Below are positions 42,171-50,245 of a stretch of 64,000 nucleotides of DNA, in pieces. The notes below the pieces were generated by a model. The model searched no databases. It was not told the DNA's origin and saw only the letters and a list, made by a program, of their open reading frames with translations. Each line of letters starts with the position of its first letter. Position 1 is the first letter of the stretch. Position numbers and translations under genes: made by a program. The DNA comes from Candidatus Bathyarchaeota archaeon (GTDB lineage: Archaea; Thermoproteota; Bathyarchaeia; Bathyarchaeales; Bathycorpusculaceae), in contig CAWAKC010000011.1 in assembly GCA_963782525.1 (NCBI GenBank), positions 64,001-128,000 of the forward strand. Direction: 5' to 3'.

Positions 42171-42593
42171 TTGGTGAGAAAGTATACAATAAAGAGATCG
42201 GAAGAGGCGTTTGTCTTGGAAGTAGAAAACGTGTTCAAAATAGCAGTGACCTATCCCAGAGTTCGCGAGTTTCTGACAAGCAAGAGTTGGGAATTCCAAG
42301 GAAAGGATGAGGAAATGGAGATGGACTCGTTCAGAAACAAGAAGACCGGGAAGAAGGTGTTGGAGGACATTTCGGAGGACTTTCCAGTGACCTTTCTTAT
42401 GGGCGAGCTTAGCGTGCCGGAGTTCAGATTCATCGCTAGTGAATTGACGCCGGAAATCCAGTTACTGGAAGTTGACAGTAGTTGGGAAGGTAAACCGACG
42501 ACCATCGTGGTGGCGATGACAGAAGAGCAAGTTAGGGACATGTTCGGCAGAAGAACGAAGATGAGAAAGCTTGCGGTTCACCGCGGACGCTAA
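42171..42593 (+). CDS. hypothetical protein
   Basis: 140-aa ORF, G-rich codon style unlike its neighbours. Confidence 0.65.
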   Translation: MVRKYTIKRSEEAFVLEVENVFKIAVTYPRVREFLTSKSWEFQGKDEEMEMDSFRNKKTGKKVLEDISEDFPVTFLMGELSVPEFRFIASELTPEIQLLEVDSSWEGKPTTIVVAMTEEQVRDMFGRRTKMRKLAVHRGR

Positions 42594-42627
42594 GTGATCC
42601 ATTTTGTAAACCGCTGTGCTGCTATAG

Positions 42628-42694
42628 AAAAAAGGGGGGTGCGCGGGAGACATCTCCATTAGAGTGTGGATTCAAAGTCCCACCTCTAGCACCA
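42628..42694 (+). repeat. cassette-end motif copy R1 (arm + degenerate tRNA 3' end)
   Basis: AAAAAAGGGGGGTGCGCGGGAGACATCTCC-N10-GGATTCAAAGTCCCACCTCTAGCACCA. Confidence 0.75.
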
Positions 42695-42799
42695 TTATAG
42701 ACAAATCTAAGGGAGTTCGTACACGAGATACTACGCTAGCCTTGTTAAAGAAGAAACTTTACATTTTAGTGCGTCTTATTCTATTTGAGGAGAAATACA

Positions 42800-43027
42800 A
42801 TGGTTGTTCCTTTCTATATGCTTATTCGAACTAAGAAAGGACAGGCTTTTCTTACCGTTCAAGAAGCACAAAAAATCGAAGGCGTTAAAGTTGTGCATTC
42901 CGTTATGGGGTCATACGACGTCATACTCTATGCTGAAGCAAGCGACCTTGCTGACCTAAGGCGCATCCGCGAAGCTATAACCCAAATCAGTGCTATAATT
43001 CGAACCGAAGTAGCAGTCCACACATAA
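42800..43027 (+). CDS. Lrp/AsnC ligand-binding-domain-only protein
   Basis: IEGVKVVHSVMGSYDVILYAEA..L..I...IRTE; GAGGAG upstream. Confidence 0.85.
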   Translation: MVVPFYMLIRTKKGQAFLTVQEAQKIEGVKVVHSVMGSYDVILYAEASDLADLRRIREAITQISAIIRTEVAVHT

Positions 43028-43121
43028 TTATATCAAAGACAATGGGTACCGATTAATTTCTCACGTCCTTTCACGACAAAAATGAGCATAGGCTATGCAT
43101 CGGCAAAACATCATTCATTTT

Positions 43122-43174
43122 AAAAAAGAGTGGGTTTCGCGGGAGACATCTCCACTTGTCCTAAGGTTCAAATC
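43122..43174 (+). repeat. cassette-end motif copy R2
   Basis: AAAAAAGAGTGGGTTTCGCGGGAGACATCTCC-N11-GGTTCAAATC; CGCGGGAGACATCTCCA identical to R1. Confidence 0.75.
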
Positions 43175-43259
43175 AACCTGACCCTCAACAGGCAAGTTAG
43201 CTTTAAGCAACGGCTTGTACCCATTTGGGTTCAAGTATGGCTCGGCTTGCTTCTGTATG

Positions 43260-43376
43260 CTCAATTTTATAAGCCAGTTTTGCAACTGGGGGATCGGTAA
43301 TACCTATGCAAACCACTCCCTTGAAGTCTAAGCGGGGTAGGGAATCGTACTTCAACTCAAAAGCCCATCCCCAGCT
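43260..43376 (+). repeat. ~116-bp direct repeat copy A ending in the tRNA-Cys 3' end (att-like / tRNA-like)
   Basis: Matches 48352..48467 with 3 substitutions and 1 indel; ends CCCATCCCCAGCT, identical to tRNA 41395..41407. Confidence 0.9.
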
Positions 43377-43564
43377 GTTTGTCCGAACCCTATGCTTTCG
43401 CGGGATTATTTCCGTTTTCTGAACCGTTTTTTGGCTACCGCCCTCTGGTCAGGTCACTGGCTTTATCACGTACTAATTCTTCAAAATTCAAGTTCGTCGA
43501 TAATGACTTATTTTAAATAACTCTTAATTAGTTGCTGTTCTAATATGATGTTGAGGTTTTTAGT

Positions 43565-43996
43565 TTGTCAAATGACGATATACCACTCCATTTTGAAGGC
43601 CATGATGATGTAGTATCTGAGAAAGTAATCCATTTTGAAGGAAAGAATAAGGATTTAAATCAATTATCACAACAAATCATTCAGAAACTATCCTCCGAAG
43701 GCTACAAAACACAGTCAACCAATAATCCTATGGGCATAATCATACAAGCGCAGAAAGCTGGAGTTTTACGGGGCATCATCGACGCGAATAGAGCGTTCAC
43801 CATCCTAATATCGGGCCAGCCCAACAATTTCGCAATCCACATAGGCATAGGCAAATTCATCCAGAACATAGCAGTGGCGTCGGTCGAATCCATTTTAACG
43901 GTCGGCTTATTTCTCATCGTTGACGTACCCGAAATGCTGTGGACCCTTGAAGTAGAAAAAGGAATCATCAAAGACATGACTCAGATCGTAGGTTAA
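43565..43996 (+). CDS. hypothetical protein
   Basis: 143-aa ORF with TTG start and GAGGT upstream; C-terminal hydrophobic segment. Confidence 0.75.
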   Translation: MSNDDIPLHFEGHDDVVSEKVIHFEGKNKDLNQLSQQIIQKLSSEGYKTQSTNNPMGIIIQAQKAGVLRGIIDANRAFTILISGQPNNFAIHIGIGKFIQNIAVASVESILTVGLFLIVDVPEMLWTLEVEKGIIKDMTQIVG

Positions 43997-44102
43997 ACCG
44001 CAAAAAGCTGTTACTCGGTTTTCTATCACCAAATTACCCAATTCGAGCCAAATGGCTATATCAGAGATGCGCTGCGATTTTTGTTCCAGCTATAACCTGA
44101 AG

Positions 44103-44158
44103 AAAAAAAATGGGTTTGCGAGTGAAATCTCTTTTAGGGCATAGGTTCAAATCCTCAT
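44103..44158 (+). repeat. cassette-end motif copy R3
   Basis: AAAAAAAATGGGTTTGCGAGTGAAATCTCT-N11-GGTTCAAATCCTCAT. Confidence 0.65.
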
Positions 44159-44521
44159 GAAAACCTGTAGCCGAAGTCACGGCAAAGAGCACATTGAATT
44201 TTGCCCTTGCGGGTTTCACTTAAGCCGTTCTACTACAGCAACCTCGGCTACAACATGCCAACCTCTGATACAGACCCTCTGTATGTCGGCTTTGACTACT
44301 TACTTCTCTAACTAATTTGAGATTGATGTATGGCATATCTCATTCCTAAATGAAAAGATACTCCAAAACCCAAAAAAATAATTAAAGAAAAAATAATGTG
44401 TTAAAACTTCTTATTTGCTTTATTTTGAGTTTAAGGCAAAACTGGTTTTAGCGGTCAAAAGACAAATCTGAAAATACAAAAACTGCCTTTATATTTTTAT
44501 TAAGCTAATAGTATCTGCCAT

Positions 44522-44872
44522 ATGTTTAGGTCAACGAAAAGAACTTTGGCTTTCTTGACAACAACGGAAACCCAAAAGACGCATTTAACACATTTGCGAA
44601 TGTGACTTCTCCAAATTCTGTTACATCAAATTCATCCCAAACCCCTACCCCCTTCAACCAATCCAGCAACTTCTTCACCTACACTAGCCGCGACCCCAAC
44701 TGCTACCCCAAACCCTTCGCAACCCCCCTCTCCAACTTCAAATCCTACACCAACACCCATCGTTCCAGAGATATCATCGATAGTAATTTTACCATTGTTT
44801 GCAACTATGCTCTTCATTGCAATAAAACTCAAGCATCAAAAGACCACGACATTGAGCAAATCGATTTCTTGA
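44522..44872 (+). pseudogene. internally deleted surface-protein gene (GH-like barrel end, P/T linker, VPE+TM tail)
   Basis: MFRSTKRTLAFL start joins out of frame to NFGFLDNNGNPKDAFNTF; a further shift leads to ...PTPTPIVPEISSIVILPLFATMLFIAIKLK..*. Confidence 0.55.
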
Positions 44873-44924
44873 AAACTAAACCAGAAACATAACAAATACC
44901 TTGTGAAAACTCACTTTATACAAT

Positions 44925-44979
44925 AAAGGATGGATCTCGGTGATATCTCCGCTCAGGCGGGGTTCAATTCCGATCCCCA
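44925..44979 (+). repeat. cassette-end motif copy R4
   Basis: AAAGGATGGATCTCGGTGATATCTCC-N10-GGTTCAATTCCGATCCCCA; 44960..44979 matches tRNA-Cys 41385..41404 at 18 of 20 positions. Confidence 0.7.
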
Positions 44980-45036
44980 ATACAAAAACTGACATGGATG
45001 TAAGGGTTCGGTTCTATAGTAGGCTCATTTTTTGAC

Positions 45037-45076
45037 TGTTGAAATGGTGTGGTTCAAATCCCATCCCGTTTCAACA
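45037..45076 (+). other. tRNA-like minihelix hairpin capped by a T-loop
   Basis: TGTTGAAATGG-TGTGGTTCAAATCCCATC-CCGTTTCAACA. Confidence 0.55.
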
Positions 45077-45087
45077 CTTTTTGGTTA

Positions 45088-45450
45088 TTACTTTTTAGGG
45101 CGTACGCGTTTGGCCTTGCGATTTAATGTTTTTATCGGCTCTAAGATGCATGCTGAGTAAGACCCTGGCACAATCAGTTCTATGAACTCAGCGCGTAAAG
45201 CTTTTTCTTCCGGTATCTCGCTGAACCCGTTTTCCCAACCTTCAATATTAGCTAAACTTTCAAAACCCCACAAGGCAGTGAATCCCCCGACTGAACCACC
45301 ATATTTGTGTCTGAGAACCCGCAGAGACGTTACACCCCTAAAGAAACATGGCTTCTTCTTCATCAAGGCAACTAGTTTTTTGCCCCACTCGTTATGCTCA
45401 TCTAGTTTGTCAGGGTTAACAACGTATGTTCTAGCGAGATAAACAGTCAT
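45088..45450 (-). CDS. hypothetical protein, dimeric alpha-beta barrel/NIPSNAP-like
   Basis: 120 aa; YVVNPDKLDEH...LWGFESLA pattern; GGGGAG upstream. Confidence 0.7.
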   Translation of the reverse strand: MTVYLARTYVVNPDKLDEHNEWGKKLVALMKKKPCFFRGVTSLRVLRHKYGGSVGGFTALWGFESLANIEGWENGFSEIPEEKALRAEFIELIVPGSYSACILEPIKTLNRKAKRVRPKK

Positions 45451-46099
45451 ATCTGCTCCCCAAAATATAACGTACTCAGAGGATTAAAAAAATTCCGCAT
45501 GACACGTTCAAATCACAGCGAACCAAAATACATATTCCTTTTGAAACATATTCTATCATGGTAAACAATAAAAGAAGTGTATAACAAGATGGAAATCATG
45601 AAAAAATCGATAAACGTCACAATTAGAGAAGAACCCCCTAACCCTAAACCAACCCCTGACCCTCAGCCAAATCCAATCCCAAATCCAATTTAAATGGCTT
45701 AATTCTCGCACCTATGGCTTAATGACTCTTCTGTTCGGTATCTCAGGCATTTTGTCAATAATGGTTTCGCAAGTCTATTTGCCTACAGGTTCATTGTGTT
45801 CTTTGCCACTCTTAGTTTAAGGTTTATTTCTAGTTGTGATTTCAATAGTTTTCTTGTGGAAAATTTAATAGGAAAAAGAGGATTTTTCAGTATTAATTAG
45901 TGTCTGGGAACGGTAACTACGGCGATGAGAACTCGATTTTTAAAAAGTCTTTTTAGCGCAGAAAGGAATTGTAGCGTATGCCAGAAGATAACCAGTTATT
46001 TACCTATGGTAATATTGGGGAATCATAACTCAAATCAGATGACTATCCTCAGCTTTTCTCTTGGCAAAGCATATTGGACAGTCACGCCATTTATTGTGC

Positions 46100-46588
46100 A
46101 TGGAAAAAACTGAATACACTGAATGGGTTCCAGCAGGTCTTTTAGTTAAAGGCTTATTTGCAATGGTTACTGCAATTGTTGTAATTGTCAGTATTGCCGT
46201 TTTCTTATTCAGCAATGACCCATTAGTCGAAAATTTATTGGCAATTTCCTTTTCTTGGGGTACCTTGGCTTTTTTGCTTTTTATCTACTGGAATTACAGA
46301 GGTCTCCGAATACAAATAAAGGATAATACTCTGTTTCTCGACTATGGATTATTCAACAAAAAATCCTTTTCATTAAACGAAATCGTTTCCTGCAAAAAAA
46401 CTAGAGCTTTCGGAAGATACCTTGGTATCGGAGTAAGATATGGTCTAGACCATTCAATGGCCTATACTACTTCTTTTGCAAACGCTGTGGAGATCATGCA
46501 TAATGAAGAGAGATTATTTGTTTTTTCATCTAAGTACCCTGAAAAGGTATGTGGAATAATAGAAGCAATTAAAGGCAAGGGGTCATAG
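46100..46588 (+). CDS. two-TM membrane protein with PH-like C-terminal domain
   Basis: Two TM segments, then YLGIGVRY...FVFSSKYPE. Confidence 0.7.
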   Translation: MEKTEYTEWVPAGLLVKGLFAMVTAIVVIVSIAVFLFSNDPLVENLLAISFSWGTLAFLLFIYWNYRGLRIQIKDNTLFLDYGLFNKKSFSLNEIVSCKKTRAFGRYLGIGVRYGLDHSMAYTTSFANAVEIMHNEERLFVFSSKYPEKVCGIIEAIKGKGS

Positions 46589-46653
46589 AGTAAATATGCT
46601 TAGCGATAAAAGACTATTCATCAATATTTCTTGACGGCGGTTAGTCAAATTTC

Positions 46654-48329
46654 GAGACTGTGTGAAAAGTCTGCTCTAACTCGTCTATTATGCCGTTAAC
46701 CTTAAATCTAGACCCTTCGCCCATAACAAACAAGACCAAAATAAGTGAGCAGACAATGAACGATGAAACCGACAGCTATGTAGAAGGCTTATCCAGAAAC
46801 CAAACGTTCCTACTGCCCAAAACCATAGAAGAATACGTAGAACCAGACAACCCAGTCAGATTCATAGACGCCTACGTAAACACGCTGGACATGGAAAAGT
46901 TAGGCTTCACCCACTCAACACCACAAGACCTTGGAAGACCATCATACAACCCAAAAGATCTCTGTAAACTCTATCTCTACGGAGGCCTAAACCACATCCG
47001 ATCAAGCAGAAAGCTAGAACGAGAATGCAAAACAAACCTTGAGGCAATGTGGCTGCTCAAAGGCTTAGCACCCGATTTTAAAACCATAGCGGATTTTAGA
47101 AAAGACAACCCAGCAGCCATATGCGCCTTGTTCAAAGATTTTGTAGCTTTCTTAAAAGATCTCAGTCTCTATGGAGCAAAACAAGTAACCGTAGATGGCA
47201 CCAAACTTCGGGCCGTCAACTCCAATGATAAAGCCTTTACCCAACGAGCGCTTGCAAAGAGAATAAAGGTCATGGAAAAATCAGTAAAACACTACCTAGA
47301 CGAGTTAGATGCTGCAGATGAGCAGGAAGCATCTGACGAGCAACAAGCAAGTAGCGAGTCAGGTGAAGTGGCGAAGGCTTTTATGGTAGACAAATTGGCT
47401 GCGTTGCTTGAGAAAAAAGAAAAGAGCCAAGAAATCCTTGGTAAAATAGAAAAGAGTGGTCAAAAGGAAGTTGCTCTAACTGATCTGGATTGTCGGCAGA
47501 TGATGAATCATGGCAGAGTTGAATCCTGCTATAACATGCAGGCAGCAGTGGATTCAAAAAACCATCTCATCGTCAACTACCTGGTGACTAACGAAGCTTC
47601 AGACCTAAATCAGCTCAGCGGAGTAGCTATAAGCGCAAAAGAAACACTAGGAGTAGAGCAGATTGATTGTATTTCTGATAAAGGTTATTTTGACTTCATG
47701 CAGATTAAGCAATGTGTCGACAGTGGGGTTACGCCTTATGTTGCAGTGAAGAGATCTGGAAGCGGTGGCGGTCTTGTGTCTCCGGAGTTTACTGCTGACA
47801 AATTCCGTTATGATAAGAGTGCTGATGTGTATGTTTGTCCAGCTGGGCGGCGTCTTTTGTTTTATTGTTTGAGCGTTCGTGAAGGGATTGAGATGCGTAT
47901 TTACAGATGCCAGAAAGGTGTTTGCTCTTCATGCCAATTTTTTATGACTAAGTGCACAGGCAATAAGGTAGGTCGGGTAATTTGGCGGTGGGTGCACGAA
48001 GAAGTTGTCGATGATATGAGAAAGCGGATGAAATTGCATCCAGAGATTATGGGTGAACGCAAAAAAGTGATTGAGCATACGTTTGGAACTTTGAAGAGAG
48101 CGTTTGGTGCTCCATATTTGCTGCTTAAAGGTCTTCGCAAGGTTAGTGGGGAGGTTGGGTTGCTTTTGTTTTCTTATAATTTGAGGAGAGCTCTAAACAT
48201 TCTTGGGGTTGAAGCTCTAATCCAAGCGCTTGTTAAAAAATAAAGAATAAGAGAAAGTAAAATCTCAAAAAGTATTAAGTACTTTTTCAAGTTAACAACT
48301 GGCCGCTGCGCTATTTTTTACACGGTCTC
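46654..48329 (+). mobile_element. IS1182-family insertion sequence
   Basis: TIRs GAGACTGTGTGAAA (46654) and TTTTACACGGTCTC (ends 48329), 12/14 match; 4-bp TSD TTTC on both sides. Confidence 0.9.
46756..48243 (+). CDS. IS1182-family DDE transposase
   Basis: GRPSYNP..L.LYG..SSRKLE, PDFKTIADFR, VDGTK, SDKGY, CPAG, IEHTFGTLK, YNLRR. Confidence 0.93.
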   Translation: MNDETDSYVEGLSRNQTFLLPKTIEEYVEPDNPVRFIDAYVNTLDMEKLGFTHSTPQDLGRPSYNPKDLCKLYLYGGLNHIRSSRKLERECKTNLEAMWLLKGLAPDFKTIADFRKDNPAAICALFKDFVAFLKDLSLYGAKQVTVDGTKLRAVNSNDKAFTQRALAKRIKVMEKSVKHYLDELDAADEQEASDEQQASSESGEVAKAFMVDKLAALLEKKEKSQEILGKIEKSGQKEVALTDLDCRQMMNHGRVESCYNMQAAVDSKNHLIVNYLVTNEASDLNQLSGVAISAKETLGVEQIDCISDKGYFDFMQIKQCVDSGVTPYVAVKRSGSGGGLVSPEFTADKFRYDKSADVYVCPAGRRLLFYCLSVREGIEMRIYRCQKGVCSSCQFFMTKCTGNKVGRVIWRWVHEEVVDDMRKRMKLHPEIMGERKKVIEHTFGTLKRAFGAPYLLLKGLRKVSGEVGLLLFSYNLRRALNILGVEALIQALVKK

Positions 48330-48351
48330 TTTCTTTAACTAAAAAACCAAA

Positions 48352-48467
48352 CTCAATCTTATAAGCCAGTTTTGCAACTGGGGGATCGGTAATACCTATG
48401 CAAGCCACTCCTTTGAAGTCTAAGCGGGTAGGGAATCGTACTTCAACTCAAAAGCCCATCCCCAGCT
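48352..48467 (+). repeat. ~116-bp direct repeat copy B ending in the tRNA-Cys 3' end (followed by CCA)
   Basis: Near-identical to 43260..43376; continues ...CCCCAGCT-CCA. Confidence 0.9.
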
Positions 48468-49023
48468 CCAGGGTTGGACTTTTTTATTTTTTCAAAATGT
48501 GAAGGTAAAAAACAATACTTTTGCTCGTAGCTAAGGTATCTGAAGTTCTTGAAAACAAACTATTACCGACAAAACAAACCATAAGGCAATAGAGGTGCTA
48601 TACTGTAACAGTCCCATGCAACCCCAACTTTAACCGCAACATGCTTTCCCATCTTCATCCCATCCACACCAACATGGCGCTGCATAGGATTGCGATTAAA
48701 AATTCCACTCCACCCATCCCAACAGCAACCGGAAAACAGCCCAAACCAAAAAACCAAACGTATCCAAGCTAGAGGATGGGATGGGGAAACTCCGAACCCA
48801 CCCATCCCCACAAAAAGAAAAAACTGAAAGCTCATTTGAAGAAAAATCCTTTAGCTGATGAATGGCTGTAGTTAGGTAAGAACATAAGATAGGCAACAAA
48901 CCCTATTTCTGAAAAAACTAATACGAGCGCAAAGCTGGAAGTTCTACTTCACGGCAATTTCGTGGCCAATTTGTACATTGAAATTCTCTAAACCATTATA
49001 TACGTAATTAACGGCTAAGAAGC

Positions 49024-49251
49024 TTGGTGGGCGTACTCTTGGAAAGAGATCAAGCTGTGGCTTTGCTGAAGGAGATCATGACTCATGACTTGGCGCAGCC
49101 GACAGCCGTTTATGTTAGAGAAAATAAGGGCAAGTTTGAACTGGTTCTGAAGGATGAGTGTAGGTCTCCTTTACAAAATTTTATTGCAGAAAAAGGTCTA
49201 AAGTGGCGCATAAATAAGGAAATGGGCGTTTGCATTATCTATAAACCATGA
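49024..49251 (+). CDS. small hypothetical protein
   Basis: 75-aa ORF downstream of a TTATATA box. Confidence 0.6.
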   Translation: MVGVLLERDQAVALLKEIMTHDLAQPTAVYVRENKGKFELVLKDECRSPLQNFIAEKGLKWRINKEMGVCIIYKP

Positions 49252-49482
49252 CGCATCTGGTAAACCCATCCCAACCCTAATGCATTGAAAGAGCAAAAAC
49301 CCTTCAAAAATTGAAGGGCACAGGATAAAACAACCTAAAAATCATTTTTTGTATTTTATTTTCTTGTGATGAGATGAAACCTGACAGACCTTTCCTAGTA
49401 ACCTCATAATCGGCGGAAGACCTCTGAAAGCCAAATAAGAAAGATTTTTAGTTATAAGCGGCTTCTTTTAAGTGGTGAATGC

Positions 49483-50064
49483 ATGAGCCAACCTGTTAAT
49501 CTTCTCGAAGCAAACGACTTTATTATGAAAAAGAAAATTCTCTCTCTGCGAGAACATTACGACTTTGAAGACTTAACAGGAACAAAAATAGGAGAAGCCG
49601 AAGGTAACCTCTTTCAGGTTCCAGCTAAATTCAACGTTAACGATACCCACGGGTTAGAGTTGATGCGTTTAGAAGGAAAAGTACTCTCACTCCGAAAACA
49701 ATTCACTTTCCATGGTGCATCTGGAGAAGAACTGGGAACCATAAAAAAGAAAATAGTCAAGTTGATTGGGGAAGAATTCTGGGTGGAAAAAGACGGCGTC
49801 GAGTTCATGCGCATCTATGGAAACTTTACCGAGCACCACTATCAAATGGAGGTTAAAGGCGTTCAAGTTGCTTCTATCCACAAGAAATGGGTAACGGTCA
49901 GAGACACGCTTGGGGTCTCCATAACAGGAAACGTCGATCATCGAGTAATTATCGGTGCAGTAATCGTGATAGAACACATAGAAGTCACAGAGAAAAACTC
50001 AAGCAACTCCGGCAACTTCGGCGGTCGCTTCGGGAACACGGGATCTGGCTTTCCACAATACTAA
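49483..50064 (+). CDS. LURP-one-related/scramblase-like (tubby C-terminal-like) protein
   Basis: MKKKILSLREHY..., repeated K.LSLR / KKWVTVRDT beta motifs. Confidence 0.85.
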   Translation: MSQPVNLLEANDFIMKKKILSLREHYDFEDLTGTKIGEAEGNLFQVPAKFNVNDTHGLELMRLEGKVLSLRKQFTFHGASGEELGTIKKKIVKLIGEEFWVEKDGVEFMRIYGNFTEHHYQMEVKGVQVASIHKKWVTVRDTLGVSITGNVDHRVIIGAVIVIEHIEVTEKNSSNSGNFGGRFGNTGSGFPQY

Positions 50065-50245
50065 AAAATTTTTAAAAGTCAAAATTTCCAGCTTGACGCC
50101 ATTGAATTCCTTGGTGGGGCGAGACAAGTAAGAAAGAATGTAAAAATTAGTATTGAGTTCGTTTTACACTCACCCAGAAATCAAGCGACAATTGGATTGT
50201 CTTTTTCTTTATTATAAAAAATAAGGGAAAGTGCGCTCTACGCTT

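Noticed and set aside
43285-43376. Repeat A/B as canonical tRNA genes
   Set aside because: No proper D arm or T stem (6-nt insertion next to the T-loop sequence); kept only as tRNA-like.
41432-44470. 9-mer GACAAATCT occurring three times (41432, 42699, 44461) as an integrase arm site
   Set aside because: Suggestive, but spacing to the repeats is inconsistent and the word is AT-rich; not supportable without statistics.
42628-44979. Repeats R1-R4 as a CRISPR array
   Set aside because: Spacing is 0.5-1 kb with genes in between, the repeats are degenerate, and there are no cas genes.
48560-49280. Several CCCATCC(C) words and a GGATGGG/CCCATCC hairpin as further att copies
   Set aside because: Matches to the tRNA end are 10 nt or shorter and lack the GGAGACATCTCC arm; cannot be separated from chance.
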